Positions 40,827 through 54,599 are shown, counted from the whole stretch's first letter. The stretch: 63,489 bases of DNA, filler included, from Reticulomyxa filosa (GCA_000512085.1; 22 parts of 22 records of this genome joined end to end with filler, not necessarily neighbours in it); one strand, 5' to 3'. The notes: a model not told the origin generated them from the letters alone. Translations and numbers: made by a program.

Positions 40827-42205
40827 TTAGGTCAAGTCAAGATAAAGTTTTGATCTTTTTTTAAGAGAATTCCATGAACAACATCCACAGGTTTCAAATT
40901 TTTGTAATTCATTTTCTAACTGTGAGTTTTGATGTTTTAGTTCATTCAAGCTATTTTTAACGGATGCCATTTCCTTCAGTAAAGTACTCAAATCACTTTT
41001 TAATTGAGTCATTTCAGATAATTCTTTTTCAATTTCAACGTTTTTTGACAAAAATTCTTGTTGTGTACGTTTGAGATCTTGTTCTAATGTAACAAGTAAA
41101 TTCATTTTCGCTTCAAATGCTATCTTTATATCTAATAATTTTTGTTGAAAAAGATCCATTGATAACTTTGTTTCCTCAAATGAAGCTTCTAATTTACACA
41201 CATCTGCGATTTTTTTATCGCCTGTATCGACTATTTAGGTTAAAAACGGTACAAGCTCCTTTTTCTCTTTTTTTTTTTAACATGACAAATAATTTACTTT
41301 TATTCATAGTTGCAGCATTAGAAGGAAGTACATTTGTTGGCAAAGTAGCAGGACTTTGCATAATTTCTGTGTTTGTAACAATTTGAATTGTTGCTGGGTG
41401 TGAATGTTGGTCGTCAGTTTTAGATTTTTGTGGGGAATGTGCATGACTTTCTTCTTCGCTAATCCCTTCTTGATTTTCACTTTCGTGAGCATTTTGAAGA
41501 GGGATAGCAACACTTGTGTCTTGTAAAACAGATAAGTCAGATTTATCATCTTCTAAAGGAATTCGTTCGTGAACTTGAGAATGGTGTTCAATTTGATTTT
41601 GCCTAGTCTGAGTTTTTTTAATTTTTTTGTATACTTTTTTGAATATGTTTCGGCCCATTGAAAGGTAGTTTAATTTTTTCAATCAAAAAAGAAAAAACAA
41701 GCAAATCTATGTGATGCAATATTTGAATTAATTATGATCTGCTTTTTTTTTTTTTGTAAAATCAATGTACATTTTCAGCAATCATAGTTTACACTTGGTT
41801 TTGTCATCGTGTATTACGTTTAACTCAGTGGAGAGTACTTGGTCAATTTCTTGTTCAATTTCTTGCACAAAGTCATTATCGATATTTTTATCAAAAGAGT
41901 GTTTTATCCCATTTATCAACATTGACTTGACAATACTCCACATTTTTGATTTGTTTTTACCTCCGTCTGTATCACGAATTTTGCTGACAGACGTAATAAA
42001 TTGCAAAATTTCATTAGTTGGGTTTGCCTCTAAATGTTCATTTCCAGACAACAATAGATTATCAGTATTTAAAGTGACTTGAAAGTCATGATTAATCAAT
42101 TTATAAATGGGATGACTTTGCGCATCTTTCACCTTCCCTCCAATGTTACTCGTCAAACAGTATTCAATTGCAACATGTTTTCCAATTGTCTTACTGCATT
42201 CAGTT
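40827..42205 (-). CDS. Adenosine deaminase family protein, C-terminal part, with a probable coiled-coil extension
   Basis: VAIEYCLTSN...HPIYKLINHDFQVTLNTDNLLLS...NGIKHSF (ExCxxSN, HP and NTD motifs). Downstream exons ~41604-41298 and 41230-40827 can be spliced on in phase. Confidence 0.72.
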
Positions 42206-42305
42206 NNNNNNNNNNNNNNNNNNNNNNNNNNNNNNNNNNNNNNNNNNNNTTAATTAATTAANNNNNNNNNNNNNNNNNNNNNNNNNNNNNNNNNNNNNNN
42301 NNNNN

Positions 42306-42859
42306 AAAAAAAAAAAAATTTTTTTTTTTTTTTTTTTTTTTTACGAAACATGGCATCTTCCGTCTGTTGGTGTCCAATCTTTTCCGGTGCTGAACACCAC
42401 GCCGTTGTTTTCATTTCTGCGGTCCCAAAGTTCCCAGTTCATTGCGCCAATGCTGCTCAAATAGACCACACGTTTGACTGTCTTTGCTTCCAATACGGCC
42501 TTCAATACTCTCAACATGCCTTCTTTTGCAGGTTTCACGAACCCTTCTTCTCCGGATGGTTGTTTGTTTTGGTCGTCTCTTGTGTCTGGCATTGGATTTG
42601 CGGTGTGCACCACATATGTGCAGCCTTTTATGCCCTCCTTCCAATTTTTGTCACTGGTTAAATCACATTCTATCAGTTCCAATTGGCCTTCTTGGCACTG
42701 GTCGAACAAGTACGAATAGGATGCTTTGTTCGCTTTTCGAACCGAACCACGAACACGGTAACCTTGTTGCAGTAAACGCTTCACAATGTGACCTCCGATA
42801 AAGCCACTGATCCCGGAGACAAAGACCAAATCGTCCTCATTATGCTTACTTTCGCTCAT
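42306..42859 (-). CDS. NAD(P)-dependent epimerase/dehydratase (aldehyde reductase / DFR-like extended SDR), 5' exon
   Basis: VFVSGISGFIGGHIV, GYRVRGSVR, CTYVVHTANP, PAKEGMLRVL, VKRVVYLSS. Confidence 0.88.
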
Positions 42860-43322
42860 GTCTATGGTATGAGACAAATTGTTTTATGACCGATTGGACA
42901 GAAAAAGGAGATTACTATGCTCTTTGTTACCCCTTTTTCCCTGTTTCTGTTGGGTAGTGACTAATTCTTTTTCTTATCTTTACTTAAAATGTTGAAAATT
43001 TTCTTCAACAAATACCATCCTTCTTTTTACTATTGAACTGGCCAACAGCAGTAATCAATATTTTGCTTATAAAAAAGCTTACAATAAATAGTTGTTTATG
43101 AGCGAAACAAAAAAGCATTGTCACAACAAACCTGTCAAAAGAGAATATTTTGTGCTTTGAACAAAAAATTTAAGAATTGCAAAAAGGTATTTAAGATTTG
43201 ACAAAACCTTCCAAACAGCCAAAAAAGACCTAAATATTTCTTTGAGAAAATAAATAAAATATAAATATTAACATCTTTTCCTTGTAATTGTGTGGAAATA
43301 CAAAACTTCTTTAAATTAACAC
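42860..43322. promoter_or_regulatory. Probable bidirectional promoter region between divergent start codons
   Basis: About 460 bp of AT-rich spacer between the SDR ATG (42859, minus) and the Rab5 ATG (43323, plus) on one contig; no specific motif identified. Confidence 0.35.
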
Positions 43323-44452
43323 ATGTCAAAAGAAGCGTTGTCAGTGAAACTAGTGTTGTTGGGAGACAGCAGAGTGGGCAAGTCTTCAGTGGTTGTTCGT
43401 TTTGTGAAAGATGAATTTGATCAGTACAAATTCCCGACAATCGGAGGTTGCAAAAGCTTGTATAACTGCATTTTCTGTGTTTGTTCCTTGGGAAAAACAA
43501 TCAAACAAGGCTTGGATGTGTTGTCCACAAATGCGATCCAAACACAGCAACATTCTTGACACAATCGGTAACAGTGGGGGACCACTTGGTGAAATTTGAA
43601 ATATGGGACACAGCAGGTCCCAAAAGGACATGCAATACATATACATATATATATAATATATGTATATGTATTTATTTATGTACAATTCATGACATATGCA
43701 TATGTGCATAAGGAAGTATATGCGTTAGATTTGAAATATAAATTGGGAAGTTTTTTGACTGTTCACTCTCAGCCAATTTTTTTTTTTTTTTTTATGTGTA
43801 TGTGGGTCATGGGGGGGATCGGATAACAGGACAAGAAAAATACAGAAGTTTGGCACCTTTATATTATCGTGGCGCTTCAGCAGCGTTGATAGTCTACGAC
43901 ATAACGAATCGAGTTGAGTCGAACAACAAATTGACAATACATAAACCTTATTATTTTTATTTTTATTTTTTGTAGTGAGAAGAAGGAGAAGACAATCTAT
44001 TTTTGGAACGCTTGTCCTTGTGGATATAACTTCAAAAAAAAAAAAAAAAAGGAATCATTTGATAACGCAAAGTGGTGGATCAATGAGGTACAGACACGTG
44101 AGGGCAAACATGTGGTGATAGCCTTGGCTGGAAATAAAGTGGACTTAGAGGAAAGCAGACAAATAACCACGCAGGAAGGAGAACAATATGCAAACGACAA
44201 TCAATTCATTTTCTTTGAAACTTCCGCTAAAACCAATGCCAATATCAAAGAAATATTCAAGGCTGTTGGTATAATTTCTTTTCTTTTCTTTTTTTCCCAC
44301 CCTTCCCAAACTTGAAGTTGTATTATATTCTGGTTCGAAATCTTGCTATAGCAAAAGAAGTGCCACATCGTCAACAACCAAAGACAGGTGGAGGGGTCAT
44401 CATTGATGATAGCAGTGGAGGCTCGAAAAAGTGCTCATGTAATTTGTTGTAA
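43323..44452 (+). CDS. RAB5: Rab5-family small GTPase, complete, 5 exons
   Basis: Exons 43323-43446, 43548-43616, 43830-43912, 44052-44268, 44352-44452. [56 protein letters not shown]; ends CSCNLL*. Confidence 0.9.
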
Positions 44453-45661
44453 ATTCAACAACTCAATTTCTTCCCTCCATTCAAAGCTTATATATTTTTT
44501 CCACTTTTATCTTTGTTTCCCCCTCCCTTTTTCATTTGTCCTGATCTAGTGACATCCCAGACTCTATTATTTTGCATGATAATCTTTCTGGGCATTTTCT
44601 CAATCTTTTTCATTGCACTGTGGCTATATCTTTGTTAACACACAACCATTTTAAACACATTGGCCCTTGTTTGGAGCGTCTTATCCCCAGTGAAGCAGTG
44701 GTTGTGGTTAAATTAGTCAATTTGATTTTTTTTAGTGGCGAGTGTTTGGGTTCAGCAATATTCAAACCAAGTGGGTTGAATCAATACAATTTTTTGTTAC
44801 TGTGATGAAAAAACTGTCATAATGCACGACTCCAAATTTTTGAATACTCTTTTGTTTGCTTTCGCGTAAAAAAATGCTTATGACGAAATTATTAACTTGG
44901 TCTTTAAATGAGAATCAAAATGGGGTATCATTGTAGGTGCAACAATTCTCAATATTAACTTTGTAAATGTTTTATTATAGTCAAAACATTGCATATATCT
45001 TTTTTATTTTTTCACATTTTAAAAATTTTTTCTAATTGTTGTGCAGTTTTTATTTGATGAACTTAAAAAAATCAACATTATTTCAGAATTTTTTGTTTAA
45101 AAAATATCTGTCTTCATTCCATTTTTTTAACTTGCTGGTGAACTTCTTTGTGTAAAAAGAGAAATAGGATAATTTTCAACATTTTGCACAAAATGTTTTT
45201 GTGAAGAAAAATGCAGCGTTGTAATTTGCAAAAGTGATTCTAATTGTAGCTTCGAACATTTTATTTTTTATAACAAGAAGTTGTACATTCGATTTATGAA
45301 AACGATCAACAACAGTGTAAAAAAGAAATATAATATTGTTTTTTTTCAGTCCTTGCCTAAATAAACTTTCCAGAAATTTCTGACAAATATGCGATTTCTA
45401 ACTGACAAATTTAAGATCGGATGGTTCGATTGCAAACCGAAAGTAGTGTCAATCTTGTATTAAAAAAAGATTTCACCAGCTAAATGTGGAAAATTTTTGG
45501 TGATAAATTAGACTCGAACTTTTTTCAGAAAAATGTATTACTTCCACAAATTTAATTAGCCATAGTATCCCACAACCACACAAAAACCAAAAAAGATGAA
45601 AGAGAAAAACATCAAAAGTGACAAAACAGAACACTTTAAAACTTATGAAAGTCAAATTTTA

Positions 45662-46756
45662 TTAATCTTGATATTGTTCATTTGGCACAACGTGCGGAAA
45701 GTTTCCAACTAAACGATCACTGCTCATGTGAGGATTTGCCATATCAATCAAACTTTGTTCACGGTCTTGAGACGTTTGTTTGTGCATAGTTTGTTTTTCT
45801 TCCAAAAGTTTCTGTGACTGACACAAAATGGCATACACTCCATTTGCTCGCAATAATTCTTGGTGGCTACCTTGTTCTACAATCTCACCATCGACCAGCA
45901 CCAAAATTTTGGTACTGTTTTGAATGGTCGAAAGACGATGGGCTATTGTCACTGTTGTTTGTTTGATTTGTTCTTTAATTTTGTCCAAGGCCTCTTGGAC
46001 TTCTTGTTCGGACTTTGTATCCAAAGCAGATGTTGCTTCATCTAACAAAAGTACGGATGGACCCAATAACATTGCACGAGCAATGGCAATACGTTGTCTT
46101 TGTCCTCCTGTTCATGGACAAACAAAATAATAAGCAAATTAATTTATTTGTTATAATTTTTTTTTATTAAAAAAAATTCTTTATACAAAACACGCCTGAG
46201 AGTTTTCCTCCAAGTTCTCCAACATTGGTGTTATAGCCTTTTTCCAATGTATTTGTGATAAACTCATGCGCATTTGCCAATTTGGCCGCATGCTCAATTT
46301 CTTCTTTTGTCTTGTTTGTCAAACCTCCACGAATATTATCCGTGATCGATGAGTCAAACAGGAGTGGCATTTGTGAAACCAATCCTATTTGGGATCTCTG
46401 TTGTTAACAGTGCCCCACATTTGTGCAATGAGCAACAAAGTCAAAACGAATGATCAAAAAGGGTAGCAAAAAATGCTACAAAGCTCATTAACCAAAAAAA
46501 AAAAAAAACAAACCAAATGGTTAATTTCGTAATTATGAACGAGAACATCATCGATATAAATATCTCCTTCAAGAGGGTCAAATCTTTCCAACAAGGCCAC
46601 TACTGTCGATTTTCCTGAACCACTTGGGCCGACCAAAGCCAACGATTGGCCTGGTTGAATTGTGAAGGAAACATTCTTCAACACCAAGCGATCAGGATTG
46701 GATGGGTAAGCAAATGAAACATTTCTGAACTCAATCTTGCCGGTGATTTTTTTGTC
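45662..46756 (-). CDS. ABCB1: ABCB1/MDR-type ABC transporter, terminal nucleotide-binding domain (5' partial)
   Basis: [33 protein letters not shown]|[31 protein letters not shown]; three exons. Confidence 0.88.
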
Positions 46757-46962
46757 CTTTTTTTTTTTTTGTCAAATTTTTTTTCTTTTTTTTTTAATTC
46801 CAACAGAGATTCTTCAAACAAACAAAAAAAAGAATGTCCTCCCTCCTGCTTCCGTGCCATACNNNNNNNNNNNNNNNNNNNNNNNNNNNNNNNNNNNNNN
46901 NNNNNNTTAATTAATTAANNNNNNNNNNNNNNNNNNNNNNNNNNNNNNNNNNNNNNNNNNNN

Positions 46963-47089
46963 AAATTATCTACAAATATTGTAGTTTTTAAATATGAAAT
47001 TGGTCTAAATGTTGATTTTTCATTGAGAAGATCAATTATCATCATAAGATATCGTTTTATGCGTTCAGTTTTCTTTGCAACATACTGTA
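46963..47089 (-). mobile_element. Terminal inverted repeat of a Tc1/mariner element (right-end orientation) with TA target
   Basis: Reverse complement TA|CAGTATGTTGCAAAGAAAACTGAACGC.. aligns over ~120 bp with the end of the transposase-bearing copy at 62273. Confidence 0.72.
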
Positions 47090-47399
47090 TATATTTAAAA
47101 AGTTGAACAAAGTTATAAAAAAATAAATAAAGCGTAAATTCTCCTTTATTTCTTTGAGAACTAGAAAAAAGTACTTAGAAAAGAAGCATACATTCACGTG
47201 CATAAAAAAATGCCTTAAAAAAGGTTAACAAAGAGTAAATTCTTGAGATACATAATGGCTATGGTTAGGAGTCAATAAGAGATTACCTATTTTTAACATT
47301 GATTTTTCAATATAAATCCAGGATACTCACATACACATCAGCATGCCTTTTTTTTGTCAATTAATAAAGAGAAAGCGCTTAAAAAAAAAAAGTAACACT

Positions 47400-48400
47400 G
47401 GTTCAAACTTTTTTTTGGAACCTATGAAGTGTTTATGTATCTACATTTGTGGGGCAAGAGTATGACCGGTATTGTTATTGGAAGTGGCAACGTCATCACC
47501 GATATTGAACTTTCAATCGATCAGTTGCTATATGAGTGTGACAATATTATTTGTTAACTTGTTTGTTTGAACTGTGCGATATGCAAATATATGTAAATAA
47601 AATAAACTTGAAAAATACTATTGACTTGATAATAATGCTTTTAACACTTCGACAGATGTCAATATCATTACATTCCGCCAAAATGTTTGTTATTCTTATA
47701 GTATCCAAGTCATCTCCAGTTCCACATCACACAGCATTATTAAAACATATCATATGCTTTGATTGATTCAAATTTATTTGATCGATTTTTGAAAAAAAGA
47801 TGAAATTTCGCATTTATAACTTGGATGTATACACCAACATCCATAAACCTTTGTGGACAAAATTGTTTCTAGCATGTCGAGATGTTTGAAATGGTAAGAT
47901 TGTTGAACTACATATTAATATCAACATCAAATGTGAGAATTAAAGTATCGGGGTATTGTTCATAGTGCAAAGGTCAAATGTATTTTGTCATTGGATCATA
48001 ATCCACAAAAAATTGATTAATACCAATAGATCGTTGAGTAAACATTTGTTGTAGCGCTTTGGTATCTGGGTAGTCGGCCATTGTTTGAGATCGATCAATG
48101 TTTTCATTTTTATTCATCTCTGATAACTGGTTTTATCTTCTTCTTTTTTAATATTAAAGTTTCTCATTAATGTATATTATATATTTAAATGAATGGTGTC
48201 AAACCAGTAGACCTTTGGTAAAAGGTAGTAAGATAACAATTGATTTAATATAACATTTCCACTTCAAATGAAATTGATGTTAACAATATTATCATTCGTT
48301 GTTCTTGTGGATTGTGTAGATTAGATCATTTGCATACAAGTGCAATATCTTTTTTATCCCCGTTTTCTCTTGTGCTTTGTTTAACTGCATTTTTGACTTA
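47400..48400 (-). pseudogene. Degenerate gene-like sequence, unknown family
   Basis: Coding-like fragments with many stops (MNNTRYF..FDVDINM*FNNLTI..DVGVYIQV). Confidence 0.25.
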
Positions 48401-48635
48401 TTTTGATCAATCATCTCGGAGTTTTACAAACGGTATACGAGTACAAGAATTGCTGTTGTCTGCGTGCAAAAAAAACCCTCTCCCTAAACAGCACTGACCG
48501 TAAAAAAGTTTCCTTCTATTAATTAAACTGATACAATCCAAAACAAAGCACTTGATTAAAACGTTCTCAAGTAAGGAAAAGCTTTTGTATCGTTGTCTCC
48601 AAAACGAGGAGAAGATAATTAAAATAATTATTTTT

Positions 48636-49842
48636 TTAAAAATTGGGGAGCTCGCCTTGAAACACAAATGGTTTAATGTGTTGGGAGAACAGTATGACGA
48701 TCCTTTTTCTGATTTCTTTGTTTTCCACTTCAACACATTTCACCACATTGTCATAGAGCTTCTCCAAAATTTGTATTCGTTGTGTATTATCTTTAACACA
48801 TTTATCACTAAGTAAACTATCCAAGAGAGTCAAAATTACTCCTGTCTTCCAACGAATGCTTATACTTTCATTTTCTTCATGTGCTTCGGCGTTTGCATTA
48901 CTGGTTCCCGTGGCTGCTTCGCTCTTATTTTTGTTAAGGTAGTATTCATTTGAGTCATGGAAATAATCAGTCAACAATTGGTTGGTGAATTCAAAGAAAC
49001 GATCCCACAAATGAGTAGATCGATGCCTGTCAAAAATTTGATTTTTCAACTCATCATCCGACCGAATCGCAAACGAAGTCGGTACGTAATGTGTGCATAA
49101 GGTTAGCATGGTCTCCAACAGCACACTGGCAGATCTGGACTCTTGATAGTATAAATCAGGCGGACTCTTTTGATGCTCCATAAAGCCAAGACTCCATAAA
49201 TGATTTCGTAAATCTGTTGTCAAATTGAATTGCCGGGCAAACTTGTGAGATTCCTCAAAGCATGTGATAACAATATCCATTTGTTGAATTGTCACTTTCA
49301 TTGAATGCAATAATACAACCTAAATAGTCATGTGAAAAAAAAAAAACAACAAAACCAAATTTGTTTACAGACACCATGTAACGAACAGATGAGATGATAA
49401 TGTGTTTTGTTGACAGGCCAAGATAAACTCAACTTGGAACAAGCACTCGACCATCAATTGATGAACAACAGTTTGTGCAAGCGCGATATTCATATCAAAG
49501 CCAACCGGTAACAGCGGTGCCTGCACGTGTACAGGTTGAGTCGATTTCGCGGGATGTCCTTGAGAAGCGGTTTTGGACTTTGAGTTTCCAAAAGGTTTAC
49601 AAAGCTCCTGATAATACCGTTGTGACAACAAAAACGGTAAGGTTTTGTTTGCGCACCATACCATCGATTGCAACACAATGGTCCATTCTTCTTCTGTCAT
49701 TACATTCGCGACATTGTCTACCAATACCCTCCAACATTTCACACTTGTTTTCGCAGCCTTCTCGCTCACCTTTTTTTATTTGATTATTTTGGCGAATGTA
49801 ATTTTTTTGACTTTTGATTTCAAAAAAAAAAAAAAAAGTGCA

Positions 49843-49879
<37 letters not shown>

Positions 49880-51220
49880 AACAAGCTTGAAAATTGATAA
49901 ACTTGAGTTGTGCCACATTTAAGAAGCACACAAATTTTTTCCAGCATGAATTTGGTGTTATCAAAAAATTTAGTGAACAATGACACCAATTCCACTAAAC
50001 CTTCCAAACAGGTTGTTTCGAGCCACTTCAAATCTTTGGCTTCCATGGCGTGCGACTGTCTGTGATTATAATTTGAACTAGGATTGAAACTATACGTCGG
50101 ACTCTTTGGCACGGCATTGGTGTAGGAGTGCTGCTGTCCACTGCTGTTTGCAAATTCAACTTGTTCTTCCACGTTCGGTGGAGAGGACACAGTCTTCGCC
50201 ACAGACTCGCTCTTAGGACTGCTCTGCAGACGACTCGAATGGACAGCCTCTTCTTTTCGGCTAGCGGGCGAGGTGTTTACGGAACTGAAAGGAGATTCGA
50301 CTTGGTTGTGGTGAATGTCATCAAAGATCGGGAACAACACGCCACGGAAGATCAGCTCCCACATCTGAGACGAAAATCCGGACCCGTTTTGCTGCAATAT
50401 AGTGAACAACGCGTGTAGCGCGGATTGACGGACCTTTCATACAAGCATTTGTGTTGAAATGGGATTGCAATAGTTTATATACATAGTATATGTATATATA
50501 TTTTTTTTGGAGGGGGAGGGGGGGGGAGGGGGGAGGGAGGAAGAGGAGAATTGAGTAATTTGTAATAAAGCACATGTCCCTTATCCTTCATTGCCATAAA
50601 TGAAATGCATATACAATTTGTACAAAACGAAACTTTGTGTCGATTATCAAACACAAGTCTAGACAACCCAGTGAGACATAAAAACCATGCTTTGAGCATT
50701 GGAGACTCTTTTTGTGGATGAAAATCTCTTGGCATTCGCTTTGGAAATCGTATATCTACACGTTCAGTTTTTTCGTCCATATCTCGTTCTCGTTCTCTTT
50801 CCCTTTCCCTTTCCCTTTCTCGTTCTTTCTCATTTTCAAGCTCCTTGGAATGCTTCATCCTTTGATCCAAGTCGTACAAATGTCTTGCGCACAATACTAA
50901 ATTGTTAATGGCTTTCAATGATATGTCCGTGTAAATATTCCCTCCAAATGCCACCAAACAATTCACACACTCATCCAACGTTTCTGTTCCGAATAACTGC
51001 ACCGAAGATGGCCGGAACACATTGGCTGAAGCCAGTAGAGTATTATCGCGCTTCGCTTCGCTCGTTTCATTCGGCTTTGCGTTTTTTTCAATCTCTTCCG
51101 ATGTCGGCACGTCAATTTTGTAACGAAGCAATGGAAAGTAGTCTTGCAGTATCGATTCCATTATATCATAGGTTTTGGAAACAAGCATTTCATGTGGATC
51201 TTTCGCTGCCGATGACATTA

Positions 51221-51221
<1 letters not shown>
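48636..51221 (-). CDS. SEC7: BIG1/BIG2/Sec7-type large Arf-GEF, C-terminal HDS region (5' partial)
   Basis: ECVNCLVAFG..DISLKAI, WFLCLTGLSRL, VRQSALHALF.IL..G..FS..WELIFRGVLFPIFD, WLETTC, ESHKFARQFN..DLR..LW..GF..PDL..QE. Confidence 0.87.
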
Positions 51222-51260
<39 letters not shown>

Positions 51261-51360
51261 NNNNNNNNNNNNNNNNNNNNNNNNNNNNNNNNNNNNNNNN
51301 NNNNTTAATTAATTAANNNNNNNNNNNNNNNNNNNNNNNNNNNNNNNNNNNNNNNNNNNN

Positions 51361-51389
<29 letters not shown>

Positions 51390-51392
<3 letters not shown>

Positions 51393-52656
51393 CCATATTC
51401 ATTGTGCAATTGAGTCACAGCGTCATCCACATAACGAGGCGTGAGCAACGAAATCATAATGCCCCATTTCCTGATTCGGCGTTGCTCCAGTTCTTGGCCC
51501 AAGTTCTCTCCGACGGACGCGTGAGGGAGAGGAGAGAGTTTGGAAACCCATTTTCGGATGAGCTGTTTGTGCAAGTTCTGACACTTGGAAGTGGACGACA
51601 GCAGGCTCACATCTGCGTGATACAGCACGCTGACAAGAACATCTGCCATGACAAAATCCATCACATAATTACAAAGTTCTTTCACAGCTGGATTTGACTT
51701 TTAAAAAAAAATTGTTATTATTTGTTCGTGCATGTTTGTCAAAGCGTTATGTAATGCATATAGCGCATATTGTACACATACATAATGTATTGTATATGTA
51801 CATATATGTTTATGTATATGTGTACATATATGTATACGTACATATATGTATCTCAATTAAAAAAAAAAAAAAAAAAACATACCAAATGCTGTGAGATGTG
51901 CATTTCCAAATGATCCAATCGAAAGGAATGGAGACGCATTTGTCCCGGCGTTGTAACGTCGTTGAAGTGGGAAGAAGAATCGGCGTCGAGGACGCTTTGA
52001 ATAAACACTTGGAATGCCAGTTCGCCGAGTTTGGACAGACGTTGCAAAATGGGCATGTACGTGGACACATTTTCGGGAAAATTCTTCCACAACGAAATGA
52101 ATTCGACGGACGTGTTTTTCATTGGCACTTTGCCATGCAACGACAGCGTCACTAGTCCGTTCATCTCTTTGCCGACGTCGCTTACCAATGACTGCAACAT
52201 GTTGCCAAGCATCCCCTCACTGCTCACTATTTCCGTCTCTTGCGATTGCAAATGGCTTTGGATTTGATTTTGAATTGAGATGGCGGATGCATTGTATCGC
52301 TCTTTCGACTTTTGTATGTCATTCTTGTCCCCTGCTCCACTTCCGTTTGTACTTGTACTTACGACCCCAGTGGCGGCAGCTGTGACGGTCGCCGTTGCAC
52401 TTGCAATGGCTGTTCCCACCACTGTGGAGTTGATCCCAAAAAATGACGTCCAAACACGTTCTTTCGGTTTTCGTTGGTTTTTTCCTCGTTCTCCATCTCT
52501 CTCTTTCGTCTTTCTTCGATTCCTTTTATTTGCTGTGACAATGTGGCGTTTTCGCTCTTTGCCATTTGCAAGGCCTTGCTCATATCTTCCGTCTCTTGCT
52601 TCAACAGTTCGAACAGCTCGTTTTTTTCTTTGCAGTTTGCCGCCTCGTTTTCTAGC

Positions 52657-52660
<4 letters not shown>
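51390..52660 (-). CDS. Internal exons of an unknown helical protein
   Basis: GC-richer open frames (189 aa, ~100 aa and an upstream coiled-coil part) bounded by TA-rich or poly-A introns; no family recognised. Confidence 0.5.
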
Positions 52661-52698
<38 letters not shown>

Positions 52699-52803
52699 NN
52701 NNNNNNNNNNNNNNNNNNNNNNNNNNNNNNNNNNNNNNNNNNTTAATTAATTAANNNNNNNNNNNNNNNNNNNNNNNNNNNNNNNNNNNNNNNNNNNNAA
52801 AAT

Positions 52804-52839
<36 letters not shown>

Positions 52840-52843
<4 letters not shown>

Positions 52844-53674
52844 AACACAACGATCAACAATGAAACGATAGAGCCAGTATTTAATCGAAAAAGCGCAAAC
52901 TGGAGTGTCATTATGTGGTGGACACTTGCTCGAAATTCCAGTCTCCTCATCCAATCCTTTTTCAAGCTCAACCTCAACGTCAACATCGACGTCATCATCA
53001 TCATCATCATCGTCATCATCATCGTCATCATCATCATCATCATCATCGTCATCGTCAAAAGGGTTGAAAAATTCAATCCCTTTTCCTTCTTGTGTCTTTT
53101 GGTCCGATTCTCAAGTTACAATTTGAATTGTTGTGTTGTCTTTGTTTCCTATGATGATCACCATTACTTTTTTTTTTTTTTGGTTTTGAATCACACAGAG
53201 CAATTGGAACAATCAAGACTGCATTGTGCATAATATCACCAACAACTCCGTCACTTGTCTTTGTAGTCATTTCACGGCGTTTCAGGTCAAATCCACTGAC
53301 TTCAACCCTCAAACCCGCACAATTACCAAACGTCAAGTCAGGTGTGTGTGTGTATGTGTATGTGTGTTTATATATATATATATATGTATATATAAATCGT
53401 TTTGTGTTTGATTACTTCTGCCGCAAATGAATGAGGGACACATCACACAACGACAGAGACATAACAGTGAGCAACCTCCTCAAATATCCCTTTCCCTCGA
53501 TGACCGTTCTGGCAACACTGATTGGCTTTGTCATCTTTTCGCTGGCGTTGCCAACTTACGTGGATCGACCTTTTTTGGCATTTCCAAACATTGTGGATCA
53601 GTTTTGCTTTTGTTTGTTTCAATGAATGAAATGGAAATGGGAAATGGAATGACCAAACTGTTATTGTTATTGTT

Positions 53675-53708
<34 letters not shown>

Positions 53709-54459
53709 GCAATAATTTGCAAAGGACCATTCGCGAGGAAATATTATCTCGAGACATAACCGGGAAAGAGATATGGCGATTGAGCGAATACTTGTCGGGC
53801 TCGACGTCCACGTGCACAATGCTGTGCTCATTATACACGGTGTACTTGAGCTCGGAACACTCTGTGTTCTCGTGCTGCATGCGACCGGAGGGTACCAATT
53901 ACACAAAGGACAGCGTGTGGCGGTGTTTTGCGTGTATCTTTTGACTCTGATGGCCTCTGGCGCTTTGTACTACGGCTCGTCACGACCCTTCTTTGGCGAA
54001 ATCACTGCAAGCATTATCATCTCTCTGGCGTCCACCGTCCCTGTCACGTTGGTCCGCATTTTCTTTTCCTGGAGTAAGCCTAAAGAAGTTGACAGGTTGT
54101 TATTTTCAACAAAACACATACACGTACATATATACACACTCTTTTTTTTTTGATAATGTAATTGTTGCAACGAAATGGCAATAGATATTTCAAAGACACT
54201 CCAAACAGTGACCACGTCACAAAAAGAGAAGTGACTCTGGAGTTGGCCGCGGGGGCAATGAAATACGATGAACCACACGACACGACCGAACACAAAGTCG
54301 TCTCTTCACACAGCTCTCTTGCGCCGAGCCAAACCCAATTCACTCGGTTCGATCAACACGTACGTGCCATTGAGCAATGTTCCGGGCTCGTTCCGGCCTC
54401 TTTGGCCGAGAGTGCCATGGTTGTCGCAAGGCAAAATGAAGAAGTTACAAAAAAAAACT

Positions 54460-54460
<1 letters not shown>
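52840..54460 (+). CDS. Polycystin-1 (PKD1/REJ)-like membrane protein fragment with GPS motif
   Basis: CVFW..|WNNQDCIVHNITNNSVTCLCSHFTAF (GPS), TM1, then EHSVFSCCMRPEGTNYTKGQRVAVFCVYLLTLMASGALYYG, which matches the PKD1 H..S....FTR.QR..C..M..A..YG block. One frameshift in an A-run at ~53906. Confidence 0.72.
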
Positions 54461-54499
<39 letters not shown>

Positions 54500-54599
54500 N
54501 NNNNNNNNNNNNNNNNNNNNNNNNNNNNNNNNNNNNNNNNNNNTTAATTAATTAANNNNNNNNNNNNNNNNNNNNNNNNNNNNNNNNNNNNNNNNNNNN

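Noticed and set aside
46575-46590. Missing Tyr in ABCB ERF(Y)DP as evidence of pseudogenisation
   Set aside because: It is an in-frame one-codon difference and all catalytic NBD motifs are intact.
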